Positions 1-12,573 of a stretch of DNA of 64,000 nt are shown piece after piece; position 1 is the first letter of the stretch; every line of letters begins with the position of its first letter. Both the position numbers and the translations under genes were made by a program. The notes beneath the pieces were generated by a model. It was not told the DNA's origin. It was given only the letters and a program-made list of their open reading frames with translations, and did not search any database. The stretch covers positions 1,397,389 through 1,461,388 of the forward strand of contig BCKZ01000001.1 in NCBI GenBank assembly GCA_001600815.1, given 5' to 3'. Origin of the DNA: Alloascoidea hylecoeti (taxonomy: Eukaryota).

Positions 1-579
1 AAGATTGTCAATAAGACTACAGGCACTCCAGTGAATGCTGTATGGTTTAATTGGTTTATAGGTCAACTTTTGTTACTACTAATTTTTGCAGGAGATTCCG
101 CTATAGGTGCTATTTTCTCTGTTGGTGCATTAGCAGCATATATTGCGTTCACTATCCCCATTTTCATTAAAGTTTTTGTAGCAAAGGATAAATTTAAACC
201 TGGTCCATGGAATCTAGGAAAATATTCACAAATAACTGGTTATATTTCGTGTGCCTATATTTTACTGATGACGCCAATATTATGCTTCCCACAATATAGA
301 GGTAAGGATAATACACCAGATGCAATGAACTGGACAGTTGTCGTCTATTTCGGCCCAATGTTAATAGTTTTGATTTGGTATCTTGTCGATGCTAGGAAAT
401 GGTTTAAGGGTCCTGTTATGACTGTTGACCATGTTATTGTAGAAGGTTCGGAAATTATTACGGGTAAAGAAATAGTGGTCACTGGCAATGATATTGACAA
501 AACTGGAAATGCCAGTACTATAGCTAGTGACTCAAAGCTTTCACAAGAAAAGGAATACAGAGTTTCAAACAGTGCTTAG
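1..579 (+). CDS. APC-family amino acid/GABA permease (UGA4-like), 3' part; 5' end lies outside the window
   Basis: Frame open from base 1 (KIVNKTTGTPVNAVW...). Hydrophobic TM segments and the motifs PGPWNLG, MNWTVVV and ARKWFKGP are typical of fungal GABA/choline permeases. Confidence 0.85.
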   Translation, partial: KIVNKTTGTPVNAVWFNWFIGQLLLLLIFAGDSAIGAIFSVGALAAYIAFTIPIFIKVFVAKDKFKPGPWNLGKYSQITGYISCAYILLMTPILCFPQYRGKDNTPDAMNWTVVVYFGPMLIVLIWYLVDARKWFKGPVMTVDHVIVEGSEIITGKEIVVTGNDIDKTGNASTIASDSKLSQEKEYRVSNSA

Positions 580-1554
580 AAAATCAAAAGCGTTTATCAA
601 CTCTAAAAATATTTAACTATGCATTACTAGTTTTTGATTATGTTTGTTTGTTCGTCTGTTTTTTTGTTAGCATTTAATGTACCAAGGTTTATGGTTAAAT
701 TTTCATTTACAACTGCAAGGTGATCATGATCGATAACAAACTCTCTAAACTATTTAGAAATCGTGGCTGCAATTTTATATACAGTTTTTTCACCTATTGG
801 TAGCGAAAGTTTTAGAAACTCACTAGTAATTAATTAATAATATGTTTATGGAAATTAGAGGCACCGTTGGAAAAATCTGAAAAGTTTACCATAGTTAAGA
901 ACACCAATTTACTCAGAAACAGTGAAATATGCAAAATTCTCAATTTAACAAGGATATTTTGATTAAAATGCAAGGATATTTTAATGAAACTGTGATTATC
1001 TGCAAGAGCTTTCCAAATGGAGCCAATAAATCACTTTCAGATGCAGTGGTAAGGTAAATTAGTGCGAGAGTACATAAATGGAGTGCTATCCGGGGAATTT
1101 CCCCCTACTTTTTGCGGCATTCGGCATTTTGGACTAAGTAACGTAGCAGTACTGTAGTAGAAAACATTTATATTCGGATTTTTTACCGTTTTTTTATTTA
1201 ATGTATCCGTGTAATTAATCAGTTTCTTTCCGGCTAACTTTACACTTTATTAATATTATATAATGGTTCGAACGTTCGGTTTCAGTATACTTTGAAAATG
1301 GCGACTTTCTTAAGAAAATATCAGCTATTCCGGAATTGGACAGCAATTAGTTTTCCGTAATTGATTTTGCAGACTAGTACTATTTTACATGAGCAAAAAT
1401 ATAAACTACGAATTATGGCTAAGTTGTTAAATCGATAAAAATCAAAGAACTCTAAGAGTATATATTGGTTCTATTACTGCTGCTTCCGGCACAGTGAGTG
1501 TTGGTGACAAATTATAACGAAAGTGCTTATTACTACTTTTGGTTATAAGTTTCT

Positions 1555-1944
1555 CTATTTAGGCGGACCATACAATTCTTCAGGTTCCAGTTCGTCTTCG
1601 GACTCATCAGCATCCATAGCTTCTGCCTCCAATTCGTCTTCATTAACAAAATTGGGAAAGGCTTGGTGCCAGTTAACCGTTGAAGTGTCGAGCCCAATTA
1701 CATTTCCCATATTTGATACTTCAATTGGGTTCGGGCCCTGCATATTTTGGGGCGCTTCAATGGTGGATGGGAATCTTTGATTAGCACTGGTGCTTGGTGA
1801 CGGGTCGATGATTGTATTGACTGAATATGTGAGTGTAATGGTGGGTTTTAATTGCTTTCTTTTACGTTCCCGAGCCTTGTTTATTCTTCCACGAGCTCTC
1901 TTTTCCTCAAGTTTACGAGCTTGCCATTGATGATACAAGTCCAT
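1555..1944 (-). CDS. Hypothetical 129-aa protein (basic N-terminus, acidic C-terminus), possibly part of a degenerate mobile element
   Basis: ATG-started ORF with protein-like composition and no recognisable domain. Stop-interrupted coding-like sequence lies upstream on the same strand. Confidence 0.3.
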   Translation of the reverse strand: MDLYHQWQARKLEEKRARGRINKARERKRKQLKPTITLTYSVNTIIDPSPSTSANQRFPSTIEAPQNMQGPNPIEVSNMGNVIGLDTSTVNWHQAFPNFVNEDELEAEAMDADESEDELEPEELYGPPK

Positions 1945-3297
1945 TATTATTGTTGTTGGACACTTATTTAAGTTTAAGTTTAATTAGTACTTTCGGGTGT
2001 AAGGGTGTTTGGAAGCTTTAAATTTTCTTTTTGGAAAATTTTATTCATTCTTCTTACTCACAACATCCAAAAATTGTTTCTTACGTTCGAATGTTCACAA
2101 TTTATTATATTGTTAAGAAATAAGTTTCTTAAATTTCTTATACAGCTCGCATCTTCTAATGTTTAATTCATGTGGTTCTGTTAATTTAATTTCAAATAGA
2201 TTTTAAAGTTTCATTAGTCGCAGTTGGACAAGGAATGTTTTGAGTTCTCGAAGCTTATCAAGAATAAATAAGGGGTATGTTCTATATATGCGTGATTATC
2301 AATATCGATATCATCTAACGATCAAATAAAACTGTTTAGGTAATTGTTGGTTGATTTAATTTCAGTAGATTCATACTTTCAATCGCAGATGAATTCAAGG
2401 AGGTATATGTTCGTGTTAACAATGTCGATATCATTTTGTTCGGTGTGTTTAGGTAAATGCGGTTAAATTTGGGGATTTTTGAAGCCACGTATATATCTAT
2501 TTAATTATATATTTTATATAATATTTAATAAATTTTAATAATAATAAATTTTGCAATCCGAACCGAAAACTCGTAAAATGCCAACCGAATTCTAAATCCG
2601 AATATCTCGTTCCGTCCTGCGATACGGATGGACTCAAACGTGAGATTTAAATTTATCATATTCAGGCATGACGACAACGCATGGAGGTGACTTTGCATGG
2701 ATCTAAATTTTTCCAACGGTGAGGTACCGGTACCGGTAGTTAATATTAATGGTGATGATTTTTCGGCTGCATTTGGCTATATTTTTTAAAATTATTTATC
2801 TATAAGCCTTACAGCTGCTAAGACATCTGTAGTGAACCCAATTCAACTCTTACGGAAATATTTAGCTAAATATATTTGTTATGATTTGGTTGATCCTTCA
2901 CACTTAATAATTATCGATTAGTCGTCTGTGAATTATTTTAGGCGATGCATCCAAAAGTTTATTCGAATTCAACGGTTATTCCAAAAATTATTTAGCGATT
3001 GACACGCCAATTGGATAGGCCTATAATATAAATAGGCTATACGTAGAATATAAATATCAAGGATTTTTTATTAAAGATAATAACATGTAGCTACCGGTAC
3101 CCAAATATTTATAATATTATTTACAACATGATATTTTAGAATCAGCTGCAGTAACATTGTGTAATATGTGTAGAATCTGTAGATAGCCTATAATACCCTA
3201 TACGTACATGTAAGTATGGTAATTTTAAGCACTGGAATACATGTATGCTAAATATATAACTATCATGACCTGTATATTAACTATCGGCTCCAGTGCT

Positions 3298-5094
3298 CTA
3301 TACGGCTGCGCTACTATAAACATATTGAGGAGAAACTGCTGTTTGATCCGTTGTCAAATCACAAGCATGTGGATTCTTCAAACAATATTTGGGAACTAAA
3401 GGAACGGCAGCAACACCTCTCGAAACCAATCGTTCTCTAAAATTCAAAATTCTCTGAGTCATTTGTGTTACTCTATTATTACCATTTTGATCTTTATTGC
3501 CAGACCAAAGATTTTCAGCCCATGCCGAAAGTCTGGGCCATAATTTATTATCAATACTATTACTATCCGATTGTTCGGACCACAAAAGAGCGCTACCACC
3601 AATGATATGCTTCTTTTCATCCTCGGTTAAATTACTCTGAAATTCAAAATCATACATTCTTTGCCATGTTTTATATGGAGCACACCATGAACCGCCTATA
3701 CCACCATAGTTAAATACATCCGCACCATCTGAAATAACATCATATCTATAATCGTTTGTGACAAATCCACCAGACCCGCAATCCAAATATAAGAAATCAT
3801 TTGAGGATACGATAACATCATAACCCTTTGATGTTAAATTTTTAACTTTATTTGTTGAGAATATATCCCATGATTGTAAAATAACATCTTTAGGTAGGCT
3901 AATAGAAGCAAAGTCAGCGCTGGTTACTGAATCCTCCCACATAATTAGTCTTCTATTTGTTACATTATTAAAAATAGGTAAAGATTTATCAACCCAGTAT
4001 TGAGCCAAATCATTATAGGATCGTGATGAATTTTCTTTAAACCAAGCTTGAGTAAGGTTTGAATAATTATAGCAATTTACATTCAATTCATCAAACCCAA
4101 CATGAAAAAAATTATCAGTAAACAAGGAACTTAATTCTTTGTAAACATTATCTAAAATTTCATAAGTATTTGGATTTAAAATTTCCAACTGTCCTGGACC
4201 TGGTTCAACAGCAGCTTCAGACCAGAAGGCATTTGAACATGCAATTATTTCCGGATCAACTTGTTTCCAACCAGACGATGAGTGGCCAGGGGTATCGAGT
4301 TCCGGAACAATTCTTACACCCCTTTCTTTAGCATATGAAATTATACCTTTGATATCATCAGCCGTATAAACCTCTTTTGAAGAGTAGGCATCCTTTATCA
4401 TTTCAGGATAAGAATCTATAAAAATTGGCCATGATTGAGTATCAGTTAAATGTAATTGCAAAACATTTAATTTACATAAATACATTGAATCAATTGTTCT
4501 TTTTAAAGAATCAATTGAATAGAAATTCCTTGAAGTATCTATCATAACACCACGAAATTTAAAATCTGGAGAATCTGATATCGAAACTGGTTGTTCGATA
4601 TAAAAATAATTATTACTATCATTATAAATTATGATTTGTTCAAATGTTGAAAAAGCATTAATTATTCCCCATATTGTAATTGAGAAAATATCAATATATC
4701 TAACACCTTCTTGGATATTAAGAACATAGTCTTCATTTATATCATGTTGTAAATCAGCATTAGGATCAGATATATGAACTCTAACATATTGTAAATCATA
4801 ATCAAAACTTCTTTTAGCATTAGCAGTAGCAGTTGGGAAAGGGACATATGAAGATAATTCTTTTTCAATTGCTTGAGGATACCATTTTTCATTTTTGATA
4901 GTAGTTAAAGTTCTATTAAAAGCATTGATTACAATCTGATTATCAGTTCCTTGTAATGTCAAATCATCAATGTTGAATAAAAGTGGGCCAGACGAACCCC
5001 ATTTGATATCTTTAGGGGCAGGCAAAGGGTTTGAATCCACGGCCCATACAGTCCCAACAAAGCATGTTAATAGCGAAAGTGAAAATAGTTTCAT
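3298..5094 (-). CDS. HEX1: Secreted beta-N-acetylhexosaminidase (GH20)
   Basis: Signal peptide; GH20 motifs FRGVMIDTSRNF, ELDTPGH, catalytic FHVGFDE, YLDCG and LWSEQ...LWPR. Confidence 0.95.
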   Translation of the reverse strand: MKLFSLSLLTCFVGTVWAVDSNPLPAPKDIKWGSSGPLLFNIDDLTLQGTDNQIVINAFNRTLTTIKNEKWYPQAIEKELSSYVPFPTATANAKRSFDYDLQYVRVHISDPNADLQHDINEDYVLNIQEGVRYIDIFSITIWGIINAFSTFEQIIIYNDSNNYFYIEQPVSISDSPDFKFRGVMIDTSRNFYSIDSLKRTIDSMYLCKLNVLQLHLTDTQSWPIFIDSYPEMIKDAYSSKEVYTADDIKGIISYAKERGVRIVPELDTPGHSSSGWKQVDPEIIACSNAFWSEAAVEPGPGQLEILNPNTYEILDNVYKELSSLFTDNFFHVGFDELNVNCYNYSNLTQAWFKENSSRSYNDLAQYWVDKSLPIFNNVTNRRLIMWEDSVTSADFASISLPKDVILQSWDIFSTNKVKNLTSKGYDVIVSSNDFLYLDCGSGGFVTNDYRYDVISDGADVFNYGGIGGSWCAPYKTWQRMYDFEFQSNLTEDEKKHIIGGSALLWSEQSDSNSIDNKLWPRLSAWAENLWSGNKDQNGNNRVTQMTQRILNFRERLVSRGVAAVPLVPKYCLKNPHACDLTTDQTAVSPQYVYSSAAV

Positions 5095-5910
5095 AATATT
5101 AAATGAATAATGGAATGTGTTTTCACAAGAATCTAATTTTATGAGGGCATAACTGGCTTCTTATACCTTTTATCATAATATTTAAAACTGCCTCTGTGTT
5201 CACAGTGTCAGGCCAAGGTTGAACTTGTTATGCTTTTTCTTCGGGTACCACTCCAAAGACCTGAACTAATATCCCTTCTCCTACATATTATTATGAATAT
5301 TATCAGCAGGTAAAAGACCTTATCTGAATGAGAAGAACAGAATGAACAGAATGAACAGAATGATACAATCTAAAGATAGATTGGTGTGGTGTCGGGATGC
5401 TTAGGATGGCGGTGACGAAAGTTCGGCCGCTACGGGATCCGGAAAAGTAACAGTCATGTCTGGCTTTTGAAGCTTAAAATATTTATAATAGAAGGAAGTC
5501 ATAAGTCTTATAGTATGGAGTATGGACTGGAATTCGGGGAAATGGTTGTGATTCGCTCTACTAATACTCCATGCCTTGTGGAGTGACAGCCGCTTATTGC
5601 GATAAGGGCCCTAACACTAAATACTAGATTTAAGATGTCATTTTATATAGATTGATATAATCTCTAGAATTTACAGAACATTATGAACTACTTTAAGAAC
5701 AGTTCAAGGCCTTTCAGAGCACTCAGTAGTTAACGTTGATTATGATATTGTCATTTTTATTTGAAGTGGGTACCCGAAAGCAAAACGTAGGTTTAATGTT
5801 GACTCGACTGCTTATACGTTGTGCAGATAAGAATTCGAAGTAAATGAAACATCAAATGTAGTGCTTGAAGGATGTTTCGCCAAGAAATAAACGAAGTTAA
5901 TAACTCCTCT

Positions 5911-6531
5911 TCATTCAGAATCAAGCCTTTCACACTCCTCTTTAACCAATTTATTCATATCATCAGTTAAATTAATCCCCCCATTACTATTAACAAGCCT
6001 ATAGTTATCATTCTTTGCGTAAGTATCCTTAACAATATTACCATCTTTATCAATCCAAACATAACCAAAAATATCATCAATTTCAGGGATTCTACCGTAA
6101 TTTGGGGGGTTTCTTAAATCGTAAATAGGCATAAACTGGGTTTTAAAATTAATTGCCAATGAGCTAAAAATAGAATCATTGTGAATATTGTTCAATAACA
6201 CATTATGGAGAATATCTAGAAATAATTTGGTTGTATTCGGTAGAGAAGTTTTAGGTACAAAAGAATTTGGCGTTAGAGCCAAATCTTCTTTAGCTTTATC
6301 ATTTTCAATATTTATATTGATTAACCCAATAGGAATTGAATTTCTAAGTGGCGATAATGATAAAATTTTAGTGTTTTGATCTGATTCAATTTCTGATATA
6401 TCGTGAAGATATAAATGAGGATTTGTTGTTAATTGTGTATAAAACCTTTTATTGCTTTGAATTTGTAACTTTGTAAAAGTTGAAGATAATGCTATCTTTT
6501 TAGTTAATTTTGTTTGGAAAGATCTAAACAT
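5911..6531 (-). CDS. Uncharacterised fungal protein with probable mitochondrial presequence
   Basis: 206-aa ORF with an R/K/S/T-rich N-terminus lacking acidic residues and a conserved-looking C-terminal block (DLRNPPNYGRIPEIDDIFG). Confidence 0.75.
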   Translation of the reverse strand: MFRSFQTKLTKKIALSSTFTKLQIQSNKRFYTQLTTNPHLYLHDISEIESDQNTKILSLSPLRNSIPIGLININIENDKAKEDLALTPNSFVPKTSLPNTTKLFLDILHNVLLNNIHNDSIFSSLAINFKTQFMPIYDLRNPPNYGRIPEIDDIFGYVWIDKDGNIVKDTYAKNDNYRLVNSNGGINLTDDMNKLVKEECERLDSE

Positions 6532-7166
6532 TTTGGTATATATATTAATGGTATAAATTTCATAACTTACGGATTTTTATGGGTCCCGAAGTTTACCCGG
6601 ACTTGAGAAGTATAAAACTTCGAAGACAAAAAGTTTTTCAACCATCCAATTAAATTCGTTATGATTTATATTCAAATGTTCATAAGGTGAGTTCATTAAT
6701 AATAAGCCCTAATAAGTCAAAGAATAAATGTATTTATGATGTTATAAAATTTTATCGATTAGTCTTTAAGACAACTACAATGGTTCCAACAAATTTACTA
6801 TTTCTGATTGATATTTTTTTATTTATTTGATTTATTTATCTTTATTTGTAAGAAAGTACTAACTTATAATGATAATTGATATAGTAGCATTTAATAGTTT
6901 AAATAAATATAATATAACAATAGTATAATACATGTATTTTTTCACCTCTTACTTCAAATCAAATAACGTATATTTCTGTGTTTTCGTGAAATAAAACTAA
7001 AAGACCCGTTTCCGTTGGTCCATTAGTACCATTACCCTGTATATTCGGGTCTTTTTACCGTCGGATCACCGGTCATTTTTTCATAAAAACCTCCAACATT
7101 CCTTTTTTCTTCAACTTCTCTTCTTTTTTCCCACTTTTCATCAGTTATTTCACCAGTTATTTCACG

Positions 7167-9134
7167 ATGTTTGCCTCGATTAGAGCTACTTCTTTAAAAC
7201 AGGCCTCTAGAGCTGCTTTTGTAGCAACAAGATACGCAAAATTGGTATGTTTGGTCCTCATAAATAATAATTGAGATCTGGTTTTGCTTAATGCTCTACT
7301 TTGTCCATATTCCGTCCCTCACATTGGTCAATAATTTCAAATTCCTCCAACACCTCCAATTCAACAATTTTTTTAATCCAATCTCCTCGGTTTGAATTGT
7401 ATGAGTTCTCTTTTCTAACAGACTTCGATTTTTTTTCTTTTTATTTTCGTTAGGCCACACCTACCCTGGTGACTGCTCGTACTTATGCTTCCGCCAAACC
7501 TGCCCCAACTGAAGTATCTTCAATCTTAGAAGAAAGAATCAGAGGTGTTTCCCAAGAAGCTAACTTGAACGAAACTGGTCGTGTTCTTTCCGTTGGGTAA
7601 GTAACTTTTTTGTAAACTTTTTGATCGTGAACAAATTATATGATTTCGGCTTTCCGGAATGAAAATAACTGTTGAAATAAGTTTATTAACCATTAATTGT
7701 AATCACTAAAGTGATGGTATTGCCCGTGTTTTCGGTTTAAACAACGTCCAAGCCGACGAATTGGTTGAATTTTCCTCCGGTGTCAAAGGTATGGCTCTTA
7801 ATTTAGAACCTGGCCAAGTCGGTATTGTCTTATTCGGTTCTGATCGTCTTGTCAAAGAAGGTGAAACCGTTAAGAGAACCGGTAAAATTGTTGATGTCCC
7901 AGTTGGACCAAACACTTTAGGTCGTGTCGTTGATGCCTTAGGTAACCCAATTGATGGTAAGGGACCAATTGAAGCCGCTTCTTATTCCCGTGCTCAAATC
8001 AAAGCTCCTGGTATTTTACCAAGAACTTCAGTTTTTGAACCAATGCAAACTGGTTTAAAGGCTGTTGACGCTTTAGTTCCAATTGGACGTGGTCAGCGTG
8101 AATTGATCATTGGTGATCGTCAAACTGGTAAAACTGCCGTCGCAATTGATACCATTTTAAATCAAAAGAGATGGAACGATGGACAAGACGAATCCAAAAA
8201 ATTGTACTGTGTTTACGTCGCCGTTGGTCAAAAGAGATCTACTGTTGCTCAATTGGTTCAAACTTTAGAACAACATGATGCCTTAAAATACACAATCATT
8301 GTTGCCGCAACTGCTTCTGAAGCTGCCCCATTACAATACTTGGCTCCTTTCACTGCCTGTGCTATTGGTGAATGGTTCAGAGACAACGGAAAACATGCTT
8401 TAATCATCTATGACGATTTGTCAAAACAAGCTGTTGCTTACCGTCAAATGTCACTGTTGCTTCGTCGTCCACCTGGTCGTGAAGCTTACCCAGGTGATGT
8501 TTTCTACCTCCATTCCAGACTTTTGGAACGTGCTGCTAAAATGTCCGATAAACTCGGTGGTGGTTCTTTAACCGCTTTACCAGTTATTGAAACACAAGGT
8601 GGTGATGTTTCTGCTTATATTCCAACAAATGTCATTTCAATTACCGATGGTCAAATTTTCTTGGAAGCTGAATTATTCTACAAAGGTATCAGACCAGCCA
8701 TTAACGTCGGTTTATCTGTCTCCCGTGTCGGATCTGCTGCACAAGTTAAGGCAATGAAACAAGTTGCTGGTTCATTAAAACTTTTCTTGGCTCAATACCG
8801 TGAAGTTGCTGCTTTTGCCCAATTCGGTTCTGATTTGGATGCATCTACTAGATCTACATTAGCAAGAGGTGAACGATTGACTCAATTATTAAAACAGAAA
8901 CAATATTCTCCTTTAGCCGCTGAAGAACAAGTTCCATTAATTTATGCTGGTGTTAACGGTTACCTAGATGAAGTACCAATTGATAAGATCCAACAATTTG
9001 AGGAGGACTTTTTAGCATTCTTAAGAGAAAATGAATCTGGTTTGTTGACTTCAATTTCTTCAGATGGTAAATTATCTGATGAAAACTTAACTAAATTAAA
9101 GAATGTTACTGAATCTTTTGTTGCTGCCTTTTAA
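7167..9134 (+). CDS. ATP1: Mitochondrial F1-ATP synthase alpha subunit, 3 exons (7167-7244, 7454-7596, 7712-9134)
   Basis: Splicing GTATGT..TAG and GTAAGT..AAG introns restores the presequence plus [12 protein letters not shown]...[15 protein letters not shown]. Walker A GDRQTGKT and [17 protein letters not shown] are present. Confidence 0.98.
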
Positions 9135-9438
9135 ATGAAATGTGAAAATATTCAGATTAAAGATGTTCATTACAATTTTAAATAAATAGATAAATATATA
9201 AAAAAATATATTAGATACAATTTTTTCGTATAAACTTCTGATTGATCGGAATTTGTTAACCATTATAAGCATGATGATATAATATTTATGCTATTACGCA
9301 TATATGGGGCAAGGGAATTATTTCACCACAGGGGAAAACCTTATTTTGACAACTGTACATAAAATCACATTTATTTCTTACGTTTTGTCTTTTTTCTTTC
9401 TTTTTGATACTTGTTTCGAAGAAAAAATAAGAACTGAA

Positions 9439-12400
9439 ATGATTGTTGTTAAGTTTAAAAATATCTTCTCTTTGAGATATATTTTTATTGCAATATCATT
9501 GATATTTGTTTATTTTGAGCTGCGTGGTGAGCTGCACACACAAACACAATCCCATGGTAAACATCGACACATTGATAAAATTAATGTATTTAAAAGACAG
9601 TTGAATGAAGTGGAAATAAAAACACCAACAATCTTACAACTATCAAATAATGACTACTATGTAGTTGAAAACCGATCATTATTCACAACAAACTATACAA
9701 CAAATAAATATTCACGTCAACCATATGTATCAAATGGTTACATTGGTTCAAGGGTTCCCATCCAAGGCTTTGGCTTTGCATACGATAAAGAAGATGACTT
9801 AACCAAATCAGATATTAACGGATGGCCGTTAGATAATAGACGGTTTACTGGTTCCTATTTATCAGGCTTTTGGGATTATCAACGAAACATCTCACGAACA
9901 AATTTTAAAGAATTATTGAAAAAAGGTGGTGAAAGTGTTATATCAACAATACCTGCTTGGACAACATTAGAAATATTTGATTTAAAAACCAATAAATCTT
10001 TTAATGTTAATACCTCAAGTAATGAGATTAAGTATTATAGACAAGAATTATCTTTACTTGATGGTATTTTGAAAACTGATGTTGTTTGGTCCCCTGACGA
10101 AGAAAAATTTAAAGATTATAAAATTCAAATATCTTACCAAACTTTTGCTCATCGTAGTATCCCAACATTAGGAGTTGTCAACTTAAACATTAAATCCTCG
10201 ATCCCCACAAGTTTAAAAATATCAAATCAACTTGATATAAGTACATGTGAAAGGACAACATTAAATGAAATTGGATATGAACTAGATAGTGGAATTTGGA
10301 TTGATGTATCTCCAATTGGAATACCAAAAACTAAAGCAAGATTATTTTCAACATGGACAATCTCGGATTATTCAAATATTGTAAAAGACCGATTCAGCGA
10401 GCATTCTCCTTCAATTGCAACAGGTATTGTGTCTGAAGATATTATCATTGAAATTAAAAATAATAATGAAACGGTTAATATTAATAAATTTATTGGAATT
10501 ACTTCATCAGATGCCTTTTTACAAAATTATGATGTTATTTCAAAAAATACAGCAACTGATGCCTTTAACGAAGGAATTCTATCACTATTAGAAAAGCATG
10601 AATCTGAATGGAAGAAATTACACTCTGTTGATATCACAATCCCCGATAGCAAACTACTTGAGTTATCTGTTCATTCAACAATTTATCATCTATTATCAAA
10701 TATAAGAAGTGGTAATGAAATATCAGGTATTGGTGATAATTCCGTTACTGTTGGTGGATTATCTTCAGATTCATATGGTGGCTTAGTATTTTGGGATGCT
10801 GATACGTGGATTTTCCCTGGTCTTTTATCATTATACCCAGATATTGCGAAGAATATTATAAATTATAGATCAAAATTACACTCACAAGCGATTAAAAATG
10901 CAATTGAATATGGGTTTAATGGTACTAGTGGTGATAATGATGCCTTGTACCCGTGGACAAGTTCAAGATTTGGTAATTGTACTTCCACAGGCCCATGCTT
11001 TGATTATCAATATCATATTAATACCGATATTGCTTTATCTGCTTGGAATTATTATAAATCAACTAATGACACTGAATGGTTGAAATCAAAAGGTTGGCCA
11101 ATAATTCATGATGTCGCTAACTTCTTCAAAGATTTTGTACAATTTAATGAAACAACACAATCATATCATACAAAAAATTTAACTGATCCAGATGAATACG
11201 CAAATTTTATAAATGATGGATCTTTTACAAATGGGGCAATTAGTGAATTGATGGAATGGGTCAATGAAGCATCAATTGTACTTGGTTATAATAATAATAA
11301 AAATTATGATTATAATAAATTTAAAACTATTTCTGAAAAAATGTATATACCAGAAAGTGAATATGATATAACTGTCGAATTTGAAGGAATGAATGGTACT
11401 TCTCCGGTTAAACAAGCTGATGTTGTAATGTTAACATACCCAGTTGAATTTAATCAAACAAATCAGAGAGCAATTAATAACTTAAATTATTATTCAAAAC
11501 ATCAAAGTTTAGATGGTCCAGGAATGACATATGCAATATATTCAATTGATTCATCAACTTTATTGAATACTGGTTGTTCTTCTTATACATATACATTAAA
11601 TTCTGGTTTACCATATTTAAGAACGCCGTTTATGCAATTTTCAGAACAATTAATTGATAATTATAATGATAATGGTGGGACACATCCTGCTTTCCCTTTC
11701 TTGACTGGGAATGGTGGTTATTTACAAATATTTACACATGGTTTTACAGGTTTTAGAGCAAGAGAATTTGGATTATATTTTGACCCAACGATCCCTGTTC
11801 AATTACCTAATGGCTATAAAATTAATGGATTTAAATATCAAGGAAATGAATTTGATATTACTATAAATGAAAATAATACAATAATTGAATATATAAAAAC
11901 AAATTTAGATAATGAACTTCCAATTATTATTGAAATAGGATCGAGAAATGAAAAAAATGGATTTTATTCTTTAAAACTTGGAGATAAATTAATAATACCA
12001 ACATTCACAACAGCTCAATCAATAGAAGGTTCTTTAAGTGAATGTCAATCAATAATCTCAACAACATCAAAACGAGAAAATGAAAATAGTATAACATATT
12101 CTGAATTAATCACTGATGATTCAATTGCTGCAATTGATGGAGATAATAGTACTACTTGGAGAACTGGATCCTCTAGTTCTGTCTCAAATTTGATTATCGA
12201 TTTAGGATCAGAACAATTTGTTAGTTCAATTGACGTTATTTGGGGTGATTTACCACCCCTTTCCGCATCAATATCATTTATTGATCCAATTAAAATAATA
12301 GATTCAACGTTAAAGATTAGCTCATTATTTGATTTTAAAAATACATCAACTACTAATGATTCATTATATACTTCGATTGTTTCAAATGATACAGTTTCTA

Positions 12401-12573
12401 TATCGTCTCCTTATGATAAAAAAAATGATTTAATCGTTAATTTACAGGAACCAAACTCTACAACGTTCAATATTGGGGAAGGATTTAAAGCAAGATTTGT
12501 TAAGTTTGATATTTATGGAAGTTGGAATGATGATAAAGATGGTGCTAGTGTTGCAGAGATTATTATCTTGTAA
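9439..12573 (+). CDS. ATH1: Acid trehalase (GH65) with N-terminal TM anchor
   Basis: Motifs SRQPYVSNGYIGSR, GLSSDSYGGLVFWDAD, TDPDEYAN, VKQADV and HPAFPFLTG. ATG 9439 precedes the TM helix; an in-frame upstream ATG at 9304 is an alternative start. Confidence 0.93.
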   Translation: MIVVKFKNIFSLRYIFIAISLIFVYFELRGELHTQTQSHGKHRHIDKINVFKRQLNEVEIKTPTILQLSNNDYYVVENRSLFTTNYTTNKYSRQPYVSNGYIGSRVPIQGFGFAYDKEDDLTKSDINGWPLDNRRFTGSYLSGFWDYQRNISRTNFKELLKKGGESVISTIPAWTTLEIFDLKTNKSFNVNTSSNEIKYYRQELSLLDGILKTDVVWSPDEEKFKDYKIQISYQTFAHRSIPTLGVVNLNIKSSIPTSLKISNQLDISTCERTTLNEIGYELDSGIWIDVSPIGIPKTKARLFSTWTISDYSNIVKDRFSEHSPSIATGIVSEDIIIEIKNNNETVNINKFIGITSSDAFLQNYDVISKNTATDAFNEGILSLLEKHESEWKKLHSVDITIPDSKLLELSVHSTIYHLLSNIRSGNEISGIGDNSVTVGGLSSDSYGGLVFWDADTWIFPGLLSLYPDIAKNIINYRSKLHSQAIKNAIEYGFNGTSGDNDALYPWTSSRFGNCTSTGPCFDYQYHINTDIALSAWNYYKSTNDTEWLKSKGWPIIHDVANFFKDFVQFNETTQSYHTKNLTDPDEYANFINDGSFTNGAISELMEWVNEASIVLGYNNNKNYDYNKFKTISEKMYIPESEYDITVEFEGMNGTSPVKQADVVMLTYPVEFNQTNQRAINNLNYYSKHQSLDGPGMTYAIYSIDSSTLLNTGCSSYTYTLNSGLPYLRTPFMQFSEQLIDNYNDNGGTHPAFPFLTGNGGYLQIFTHGFTGFRAREFGLYFDPTIPVQLPNGYKINGFKYQGNEFDITINENNTIIEYIKTNLDNELPIIIEIGSRNEKNGFYSLKLGDKLIIPTFTTAQSIEGSLSECQSIISTTSKRENENSITYSELITDDSIAAIDGDNSTTWRTGSSSSVSNLIIDLGSEQFVSSIDVIWGDLPPLSASISFIDPIKIIDSTLKISSLFDFKNTSTTNDSLYTSIVSNDTVSISSPYDKKNDLIVNLQEPNSTTFNIGEGFKARFVKFDIYGSWNDDKDGASVAEIIIL

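Noticed and set aside
3298..5094. HEX1 as part of a GlcNAc catabolic cluster
   Set aside because: No NAG1, DAC1, HXK1 or NGT1-like genes nearby in the window.
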